Assembly (NCBI GenBank): GCA_015066625.1
Contig: SVOC01000012.1
Location: 3,123 to 67,122 of the forward strand
Reading direction: 5' to 3'
DNA: 64,000 nucleotides
Source of the DNA: Oscillospiraceae bacterium
Lineage (GTDB): Bacteria > Bacillota > Clostridia > Oscillospirales > Acutalibacteraceae
Of this stretch, positions 19,884 through 27,065 are shown in pieces. The stretch's first letter is position 1. Every line of letters starts with the position of its first letter. The position numbers and the translations under genes are program-made. Below the pieces are notes generated by a model. That model ran no database searches and had not been told where the DNA came from. It saw nothing but the letters and a program-made list of their open reading frames with translations.

Positions 19884-20726
19884 TTACTTAAACGCTACAT
19901 ATCTGTAAGTCGTGCCCAGGTCATTAAGTGACGGATAACAGTTTGAATAACCCTCGGTGGTTGAGCTTTTCACCTTGAAGCCCGAGCTTGTGATTTCAAG
20001 ACCCATTGTTGCACCGTCGTTGAAACCTACCGCACAGTATAAACTGCTTTTACCGGTTTTGGTATCTGTTATCATTAAGGGCATGCCGTTAATCATAACG
20101 ATAACAACACTTGGATTGAACCCCAGATTTATTGACATTGTACCGTTACCCATTCCGAAATACGAACCCGTGACAAAGGGAGTATCAAGAAAATCCTTCT
20201 GAGAAGGCGAAATGTGAATATCCTCATTACGGATGTGTGTGCCGCAAAGCAAATCCTTTGTCAGGAATGAGGGGAAATCAAGGCTCGATGTTGCCGCAGG
20301 GCAGAGGGATGCGTTTACCGTTGCCCACGCCGCAAGCACAAAGGCATCCGTATCTCTGTCGGATACAACGGATTCACAGCCTGAATTGAGAATATCAAGC
20401 CCCGAAGCGAAGGTCATGCAGTCAATGATATCCGTAAACGCACTGTGGCAAGCCTCGCCGCCCCACGAATAGGGAGCGTGAATTGAAAGCCTGAGCCGGA
20501 TTCTTGCCTGCCTGCAATATTCGTTTTCAACAAGCACGCCTTCATCGTTTTCCGTAAAGGAATCAACAATTTCCATTCCTTCAATACCTACCGCAACGGT
20601 GGTGTGCTTCAGAGGAATCGCCTTTTTCACCGCAGGGAATTCCGTAAGAAATCTTATTTCGGAAAGCTCCTCTCTCGTTTTAAGCCAGTCAACGATATTT
20701 GCGGGCAATGCACTTATTTCACTCAT
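19884..20726 (-). CDS. Phage neck/tail-joining-like protein with an extra C-terminal beta-rich domain (hypothetical)
   Basis: Last gene of the module. The N-terminal ~150 aa has the layout of small head-tail joining proteins; this is a positional and pattern inference only. The C-terminal ~120 aa is not recognised. Confidence 0.35.
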   Translation of the reverse strand: MSEISALPANIVDWLKTREELSEIRFLTEFPAVKKAIPLKHTTVAVGIEGMEIVDSFTENDEGVLVENEYCRQARIRLRLSIHAPYSWGGEACHSAFTDIIDCMTFASGLDILNSGCESVVSDRDTDAFVLAAWATVNASLCPAATSSLDFPSFLTKDLLCGTHIRNEDIHISPSQKDFLDTPFVTGSYFGMGNGTMSINLGFNPSVVIVMINGMPLMITDTKTGKSSLYCAVGFNDGATMGLEITSSGFKVKSSTTEGYSNCYPSLNDLGTTYRYVAFK

Positions 20727-20736
20727 AAATCACACC

Positions 20737-21069
20737 TCATTCCGTTTCAACCATAACACGGATAATCGCCCATATGTAAAACGGATTTTCGCCGTTATAA
20801 ACCTTTTCGGCACGGTCAATTCTGTATTTTTCGCCAAGACAATAAATGTATGAACCATCTGCTGCGGCGGTCAGGTCAGGGTCGGGAGGCCCTATATAAA
20901 GATAATGACCCTGTGAATTATAACCGATTTCCGTGTTGACACCGTAAAGGTACATCTTATTCTTGTATCTCAGAGGGCTGATAAAAGCCCTTGTTTCAAC
21001 TTTTTCGCCGTCTTTTGTTACAAAGGCCGCAGGTCTGCCGTAATGCCTGAAAACAGGTTCAATATTCAT
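20737..21069 (-). CDS. Putative head-closure / head-tail adaptor protein
   Basis: 110 aa. Called from position and size after the connector gene. Overlaps the upstream gene by 4 nt. Confidence 0.45.
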   Translation of the reverse strand: MNIEPVFRHYGRPAAFVTKDGEKVETRAFISPLRYKNKMYLYGVNTEIGYNSQGHYLYIGPPDPDLTAAADGSYIYCLGEKYRIDRAEKVYNGENPFYIWAIIRVMVETE

Positions 21070-21431
21070 ACGCTCACCTGCCCGAAGAAAAATCCGTCAT
21101 CTTTAAGCAGTGGCAGTGCCGCAAGCATTGCCGCCGCTTTTTCTTTTTCCGCCTGCTCAATGAGTGCATTGGGCGAAACGCTGACGGTTACGTCGCCTGC
21201 CTTGAAGGAGGTCATACCCTCTGCGGAATGCATATTCTTAATGCAAAGGCGGTGGTTAACCATTGCCGCCGCAAGGTTTATGAGCCTGACATCGGAATGC
21301 TCCGCCGAGGCTTTCACACGGGGCATAAGCTCCCTTGCCGCCGCAGTGCAGAGAGGAGCAAGCTCCTCATCCGTACCTTGGGGTGAATAATATTCCTTCA
21401 GAGCAGAAAGAATGCTCAGACAGTCAATCAA
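21066..21431 (-). CDS. Putative gp6-like head-tail connector protein
   Basis: 121 aa, helical, immediately downstream of the major capsid gene. Confidence 0.45.
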   Translation of the reverse strand: MIDCLSILSALKEYYSPQGTDEELAPLCTAAARELMPRVKASAEHSDVRLINLAAAMVNHRLCIKNMHSAEGMTSFKAGDVTVSVSPNALIEQAEKEKAAAMLAALPLLKDDGFFFGQVSV

Positions 21432-21445
21432 ATCAAATCCCTCCG

Positions 21446-22450
21446 TTAAACGGAAAGCACCTTTGATGCACCGTCAAAAATCTTTGCGAAGCCTGCGGTG
21501 CAGCTGATAACCGCACGCTCAAGCTGACGGTCAATGAGCTTATCATATTCCGTCATAATATCGCCTGCCTTCACCATTTCAAGTGCGGCAGTCTTATCGA
21601 TACCGATAAGCTTACCCTCACCTACGGAAGCGGATTTGAGAAGCTTTGCGCCCAGAGGCGTAATCATATCGCCGCTGCCGTGGAAGTTAAGACCTGCCGC
21701 CGCATCCCTGAACTGCTCCATATTAAGCATCTGTGCGGTAACTGCAGGGTCGGCAATGATTGTGTTAAGCTCATAGGGGTCAAAGCCGTTCCAGAAGTTT
21801 ACGAGGTCGGCATAAGTGAGCGTACCCGACTGTGCACAGCTCACAACCTCTGCCGCATTGCCGCTGCCGTCGCCGTTTTCAATAACACCGATTGCATCCT
21901 TGAGAAGAGTTCTTGCAATGTATGCACCGATCTGTCTGAGAGTTACGGTGAAAAGGTCAAGACGCTGAAAACGGATTGCCTCATATGAAGCGACAAGGCT
22001 TCTGCCTCTCTTTTTAAGGCTTACAAGGTTATCCTTGGTGTGAACCGTGGTTTCGGGAATGAACGCACCCTCCTTCACAACCTTGAGCTCCTTTTCATCC
22101 TCTGTGGGAATCGAAGTGATTGAACGGTAATCCATACCGTCGATAACCGTTGTTGAAGCAACGATATCCGAAAGAATATCTGCCTGTTCAAGGCCCTGTC
22201 TTACGGCTCTTGAAATGTATTCGGGGAAAAGCACCGCACTGTCGGAATTCTTGAAGAACTTGTCAACAACGTCACTTGAAGATCCGCCTACCTTGATACC
22301 GAAGCGTTTGAGCTGGCGCTGATATGCGTCAAGACCTTCCATTGAAGTGCCCTTATAGTTTTCGGTGGGGTCAATGCTTTCAAGCGCCTTTGTGAAGTTG
22401 CCCGATGCATAAAGACCCTTTTCAAGTCTGATATTATCAAAATTAGCCAT
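21446..22450 (-). CDS. Phage major capsid protein (HK97-fold type inferred)
   Basis: 334 aa. Position is after the protease and decoration genes, and size and composition are typical of major capsid proteins. Confidence 0.7.
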   Translation of the reverse strand: MANFDNIRLEKGLYASGNFTKALESIDPTENYKGTSMEGLDAYQRQLKRFGIKVGGSSSDVVDKFFKNSDSAVLFPEYISRAVRQGLEQADILSDIVASTTVIDGMDYRSITSIPTEDEKELKVVKEGAFIPETTVHTKDNLVSLKKRGRSLVASYEAIRFQRLDLFTVTLRQIGAYIARTLLKDAIGVIENGDGSGNAAEVVSCAQSGTLTYADLVNFWNGFDPYELNTIIADPAVTAQMLNMEQFRDAAAGLNFHGSGDMITPLGAKLLKSASVGEGKLIGIDKTAALEMVKAGDIMTEYDKLIDRQLERAVISCTAGFAKIFDGASKVLSV

Positions 22451-22462
22451 TTTAATTCCTCC

Positions 22463-22798
22463 TTACATAATAAATGTTACGGTTGAATTTGCTTCGTTAA
22501 CCGCAACAACAAGGTATTCTCTGCCCTCGGCACCGCTCTTTACGCCTTCACCGCCGCAGACAAGATTTGCAAAGCCTGCTTCCACCGAGCCGCTGAGCTT
22601 TGCAGTCACCGCACCGCTGAGCTGTACGCTTGCATAGCCGCCGCTGCATTCGTTTGCGATACCGCAGAAGGCTTCACCGTCGGCACAGGCGGTAACGGTG
22701 CCTGAACCGTTCATTTTTACGGGTGTGCCCTTTGCAATTTCTTCGTTTGCCTTAAAAGTTGCGGTATTTTCGTTAAAACCGCAGAATGATACTGACAT
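22463..22798 (-). CDS. Putative capsid decoration/cement protein (DUF2190-like)
   Basis: 111 aa, Gly/Ala-rich beta protein located between the protease and the capsid gene. Confidence 0.45.
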   Translation of the reverse strand: MSVSFCGFNENTATFKANEEIAKGTPVKMNGSGTVTACADGEAFCGIANECSGGYASVQLSGAVTAKLSGSVEAGFANLVCGGEGVKSGAEGREYLVVAVNEANSTVTFIM

Positions 22799-22823
22799 AA
22801 TTTATCCTCCTTAAAGTTTCACT

Positions 22824-23684
22824 TTATATTTTGTAGACGGAATTTTCGCCGTCATTTCTGATTTCGCCGCCCTCAAGCTGTCTTATGACGGGCAGGCTTT
22901 TCTGTGCATTTTCTCTGAATGCATTATGCATTTCACGCAGGGATTTAAGTGAAAGGGATTTGCAGATTTCTTCAATCGCCTCGCCCTTCATTTCGGGAAT
23001 AACCCTTGCGGCGCAGCGGATGATACCGTCTTCAAGCTCCTGCCTTATTTCCTTTGCAATTTCTGCAAGGTCTTCACTTTCCCGTGAGGGGTCGAAGCTT
23101 TTGACGATACCCGCATTCTTCTGTGCAGGCACCGCAACAAAGGACCATTCGTAGGCATCCGCAGGGTCGTTAAGAAGGTAACAGCAGAGCTTTCCGCCGT
23201 AAACCTTACCCTTTCTGTGCTCACAGCCCTGTGTTTTGATGTCCTTGCCGCAGATTGAACATTTTATTTCCTTGACACTGCAGCCGACGCTGGTTTCTTT
23301 CTTGATACCTGCATCGATTTCCGCAATAAGATCCTTATTCTTTTCGGTTCTCACCGTATATGCCTTGGCAAGGATATATGTATACACCTCACCGTCGGCA
23401 GTCTTACGGGTTTCATCCGTCATAACCTCTGCCGCATAAATTCTTGCCGTCTGGTCCTTGCTTTTCATATTGTGGTCAAAGATACCTGTTTTGCCCACAA
23501 AAAGCTCTGCCAGCTTATGAAGTGACTCAACAGTGAATTTCTCATTATCCCTGTCAATTTCGTTATCGCAGAGAATAAGCGAAAATGTATAAAGCTCATC
23601 CCTGCTCAGTTTCTTTCTTGCAAACCGTCCGATAAGCTCAAGCTCTTCATCGGGCAGAATGTTATTTTCCTTTTCCGTTTTCAT
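22824..23684 (-). CDS. Putative prohead protease / scaffold protein
   Basis: 286 aa. Follows the portal gene with a 4-nt overlap. Has an HK97-protease-like N-terminal region (GIFDHN, ETSVGCS) and an acidic helical C-terminus. Confidence 0.55.
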   Translation of the reverse strand: MKTEKENNILPDEELELIGRFARKKLSRDELYTFSLILCDNEIDRDNEKFTVESLHKLAELFVGKTGIFDHNMKSKDQTARIYAAEVMTDETRKTADGEVYTYILAKAYTVRTEKNKDLIAEIDAGIKKETSVGCSVKEIKCSICGKDIKTQGCEHRKGKVYGGKLCCYLLNDPADAYEWSFVAVPAQKNAGIVKSFDPSRESEDLAEIAKEIRQELEDGIIRCAARVIPEMKGEAIEEICKSLSLKSLREMHNAFRENAQKSLPVIRQLEGGEIRNDGENSVYKI

Positions 23685-24811
23685 TCACCTCTCCTTATTT
23701 TTTCCGCCTGAGCTCTGTAAAGCTCGGCTCTGCTCAGCTCAACCTCATCCTGCAGGGTGATTTCATCCCACACAACTCTTGCCGTGCAGGAATAGCCTCT
23801 GCTTCTGAGATAAGCGGTGCAGATTTTTCTGATTACCGGCGTAAGAATACGTCTGTATGCTTCAAGCTCGCTTGTAAGCACATCCGCCTGCTGTGAGCTC
23901 ATACGCTCCGTGCTTGACCAGGAAAGCCCCAGCATAAAGGGAGGCAGACCCGTTTTTGCAACAATCTGTTCAAGCATCTGTCTTACAGGCACATTGCTGT
24001 CCAGAATCTGATTATCCGCACCGATAACCTTAATCTGCACATCGCCAACCGCCACAAAATCCCTGACCTCGGAGCCGCTCTGCATCGCCTCGCCCCATTC
24101 CCTTGCAACCTGCATCGCTCTGTCTTTTGCATAAGCTCTGTCCATTGCATCGTTTTTGGGGTTATAGGTAACGGCAAACCTCAGGTTGCCCACTCTCTCC
24201 CAGTTTGCGCCGATGCTCTCAAATATTTTGAGCAGAATTGAGCTGACAAAGGGCAGTCCTTTGAGCATCGAACAGCCCGTCAGTGCGCCGGGCTCGGGAT
24301 TAAGCACGCTGAGAAGGCACATTTCGGGTCGTGTAACCTTCTGAAGTTCTGTGCCGTTACGGACGTAAACATCAACATCAAAGCCGTTTTTATTTCTTTT
24401 AAGCTCAATGCAGTCAAGAGGTGCGTTGAAAAGACCTCTGGGCACACCGTCGGAATCCGTAACGATTTCGCCCAGTGCGGTGCCGCAGGTCAGAAGCTGC
24501 TCAAAATAGCTTTCGATAAACGCACTCATTCCCTGACGGTTGCCGCCTACAGGCACGGAAAGAATAAACTCTTCAAGCTCAGCCTGAGCCGCCTTACTGT
24601 CACATTCAACCGTAAAGCCGCCCGTAAGACGCACAAGCTTGAACACCGCCGCATCAATAACGGGCACCGCCTCGCGAAGTGCGTAATAAAGCTTATTCTG
24701 AGGTGCGGCAAGGGGCACATAGCCGTCAAGAATACCAAAGGGCTTTGAATGAGTATGCTGTGTTACGGGTGCCGAAACTCTTGATGCTTTTCTCTTTCTG
24801 AATACAGCCAT
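23681..24811 (-). CDS. Phage portal protein
   Basis: 376 aa when started at ATG 24811 (AAAGGAGAAG RBS). Lies immediately downstream of terL. Confidence 0.7.
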   Translation of the reverse strand: MAVFRKRKASRVSAPVTQHTHSKPFGILDGYVPLAAPQNKLYYALREAVPVIDAAVFKLVRLTGGFTVECDSKAAQAELEEFILSVPVGGNRQGMSAFIESYFEQLLTCGTALGEIVTDSDGVPRGLFNAPLDCIELKRNKNGFDVDVYVRNGTELQKVTRPEMCLLSVLNPEPGALTGCSMLKGLPFVSSILLKIFESIGANWERVGNLRFAVTYNPKNDAMDRAYAKDRAMQVAREWGEAMQSGSEVRDFVAVGDVQIKVIGADNQILDSNVPVRQMLEQIVAKTGLPPFMLGLSWSSTERMSSQQADVLTSELEAYRRILTPVIRKICTAYLRSRGYSCTARVVWDEITLQDEVELSRAELYRAQAEKIRRGE

Positions 24812-24834
24812 TTTCTTCTCCTTTCTGTGAAAAA

Positions 24835-24900
24835 TATAATCGGTCATAGGCGGAGCCTATCCTCAACTATTCACTTTTCACTATTCATTTTTCACCTATC
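24835..24900. repeat. Repeat unit copy A: hairpin core plus four 7-nt TTCAC repeats
   Basis: Fills the terL-portal gap. The core TCGGTCATAGGCGGAGCCTATCC (24840-24862) is the reverse complement of 39824-39846 with 22/23 identity. TTCAC/TTCAT repeats start at 24870, 24877, 24884 and 24891. Confidence 0.85.
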
Positions 24901-26161
24901 GTCTTTTTGCCGCAATGGCGAAAAATCCGCCGTCATCCTCTTCCGTAAGCACGGTTGAAACGAAATAACGGATATCGTCCATTGCGTGGTCGTTTTCTTT
25001 TCTGACGGAATCCTTTGCGCTGCTTTCCTCCCAGCGGTAAAGCCCGAATTCACGGATTGTATCTTTACATGAGGGAGAAAAAAGAATTTTTCTTTCTTTG
25101 AGGCAGTCCGATACACGGCGGATTCCGTCAATAACATCGTTTCTTGCAGGTATGACCCTGAATCTGCCGCCCCGCCTTATGCATTCCATAAAGCTTGCCG
25201 CAGACGGGTCAACGATAACGGCTTCAACGGGCAGATTTTCCGCAAGCTCACACAAGGCTTCATAATGCTCGCTGTCGGTTTTCTGCCTGCCCTCGGTGCG
25301 GGAATTGAAATAATACTCCCTGATTCTGTACCACCTGCCGCCGTTTTCGCCCCACAGGCCGAAAGAAGAAGGGTTGACCGTACCGTAATCGCAGGAAATG
25401 TAGTATCTGCCGAAGGTGTCGGGCGGCTGAACAACATGGTTTTCCTGCGAAAACATAGGGTAAACACTGCCCTGAGCCGCTACCCATCTGCCGAGAACGA
25501 ATCTTTCGTAGAATGCACCCGAATAAAGCTTTTCGTACCTTCTGATGACCGCAGGTGTCAGTGACGGATTATCGCTCATTGCAAAGTGCAGATAAAAGCA
25601 GTTTTTCTCCTCACGCTTTTTTATCCACTCCTCGTGAAACCAGTGCATAGGGTGCTCGGGGTTGCAGTTGAACCAGAATTTTGACCCCTCTACCGAACAC
25701 CTTGCAAGTGCCTGCTCCACGAAGGAACGGGGCATCAGGGTAACCTCATCAAAAAGCACTCCCGCAAGGGTCATACCCTGAATGAGCGCTGCCGAGCCCT
25801 CATCCTTGCCGCCGAAAAGGTAAAATCTGTTGGTGACACCTTTAAAGGTGATTTCCACAAGATTTCTGGAATACTTTTCCTCACATTCAAAGCCAAGCTC
25901 ACGTAGCACAGGCAGCATAACCGTCACAACATTGCGGCGCAGGGATGCGATTGTTTTGCCGCAAAGGGCAAAGGAACGGTCCGAAAATTCCGAAAAAGCC
26001 CAGGTGACAAACGAAACGGACATACACATTGTTTTTCCCGAGCGCACCGCACCGTCACAGATTATTGCGTCACGGTCCGCATAGGGGCTTTGGGGAAGCC
26101 ACCAGCAGAGAGCTTTCATCTGTTTTTGAGAAAAGGGTGTGAAATCCTGTTTTTTGCTCAC
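24896..26161 (-). CDS. terL: Phage terminase large subunit (PBSX-like)
   Basis: Walker A GAVRSGKT, Walker B VLFDEV, and nuclease-domain acidic motifs (ISCDYG, VIVDPSAASF, DHAMDDIRY). Confidence 0.9.
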   Translation of the reverse strand: MSKKQDFTPFSQKQMKALCWWLPQSPYADRDAIICDGAVRSGKTMCMSVSFVTWAFSEFSDRSFALCGKTIASLRRNVVTVMLPVLRELGFECEEKYSRNLVEITFKGVTNRFYLFGGKDEGSAALIQGMTLAGVLFDEVTLMPRSFVEQALARCSVEGSKFWFNCNPEHPMHWFHEEWIKKREEKNCFYLHFAMSDNPSLTPAVIRRYEKLYSGAFYERFVLGRWVAAQGSVYPMFSQENHVVQPPDTFGRYYISCDYGTVNPSSFGLWGENGGRWYRIREYYFNSRTEGRQKTDSEHYEALCELAENLPVEAVIVDPSAASFMECIRRGGRFRVIPARNDVIDGIRRVSDCLKERKILFSPSCKDTIREFGLYRWEESSAKDSVRKENDHAMDDIRYFVSTVLTEEDDGGFFAIAAKRR

Positions 26162-26637
26162 TCCTCATCCTCCCGTGAAAGCATTTTTGCGCCCTCGGCA
26201 AGTGCCTGCACAAAACTGCTTTGCGTGTTTTCTTCTCCCGTGCCCAGCTTTTCAAGCCGTTCAAGGGCTTTGAGTCTGTCAAAAAATTTGATTTCAAGAC
26301 CTCCGCCCTTGGGCCGTTTGATATCCGATACATTGAAAAGGTCCAGCTTTTCGATTTCTTCCGCAGACATGGTTTCTTCGCAAAGCATAAGCTTCAGCGC
26401 ATCTGCAACGGAACCGAAGGCAAGGCGGCACAGACCCTTTTCAACTGCCGCCGCAGTGGCTTTCTTCTCTTTTTCGAGCCGCGAAATCTCATTGCGGATT
26501 TCTTCTCTGGCAAGAAGCCTTGCGGCGCTTCTTCGGGGCGCAACAACAAAGCCTGCCCTTGCGGCACAGCCTCTCGCATCGCCGTCTTCGGCATAATAAG
26601 AACAGAAAAGCCGTTCTTTGTCGGTCATGGCATTCAT
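26158..26637 (-). CDS. terS: Phage terminase small subunit
   Basis: TDKERLFCSYYAEDGDARGCAARAGF HTH-like N-terminus typical of small terminases. Overlaps terL by 4 nt. The start may be the second ATG at 26628. Confidence 0.8.
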   Translation of the reverse strand: MNAMTDKERLFCSYYAEDGDARGCAARAGFVVAPRRSAARLLAREEIRNEISRLEKEKKATAAAVEKGLCRLAFGSVADALKLMLCEETMSAEEIEKLDLFNVSDIKRPKGGGLEIKFFDRLKALERLEKLGTGEENTQSSFVQALAEGAKMLSREDEE

Positions 26638-26844
26638 CTCCTTTCCGAAAGGGATTGCTCATAATCCCCTTCAACCTAAGCGCAAACTGCCGCTTTTTTT
26701 GACCCGTTCAGGTGAAAAAATCCGAAAATTCATTTCGCATCACCGTGCGAATTCTCCCGTTTTCGCCCGTATTCACCCATATATCGCCGTTTTTCTCTGT
26801 TTTTGCACAATATTTTTATCTTTTGAATTTTTTTGCATTTTTGC

Positions 26845-27065
26845 TTGACTTATTGCGACTTTGGGTATAAGATTAACAGGTAGAAAAAATTTTTTGAAGT
26901 GTGGTGAAAATCATGGCAGGTTCCGATATACCCAACCCCCGAAGTAGATACATAACCTTATATTTTGCCGCACAGTCGGAGCTGCGCCCAAAGTGATTTT
27001 GCCTTGAATCGCTTTTCTTCGGTTGCATCCCCTTTGCGGTAAGCCGCGAAAGGAGATGCTTTTTT
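26845..27065 (+). promoter_or_regulatory. mgtE promoter and ~190-nt structured leader with a terminator/RBS-sequestering hairpin (possible Mg2+ riboswitch)
   Basis: TTGACT at 26845 with TATAAGAT 15-17 nt downstream. Hairpin GCATCCCCTTTGCGG-taa-GCCGCGAAAGGAGATGC (27025-27059) contains the AAAGGAG RBS and is followed by T6 and then the ATG. I could not confirm M-box identity by eye. Confidence 0.5.

Larger units (their letters stand above)
19884..26637 (-). mobile_element. Phage-derived head-morphogenesis and DNA-packaging module (incomplete; no tail, lysis, integrase or replication genes)
   Basis: Nine co-directional, closely packed ORFs (gaps 12-48 nt, three 4-nt overlaps) in canonical order: terS, terL, portal, protease/scaffold, decoration, major capsid, two connectors and a neck-like gene. 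Host genes abut both ends. Confidence 0.85.

Noticed and set aside
26090-26664. Plus-strand ORFs of 168 aa (26090-26596) and 147 aa (26221-26664) across terS.
   Set aside because: They are antisense to the terS/terL junction, which has clear family motifs. They have no RBS, and their Ser/Arg-rich composition is typical of antisense frames.
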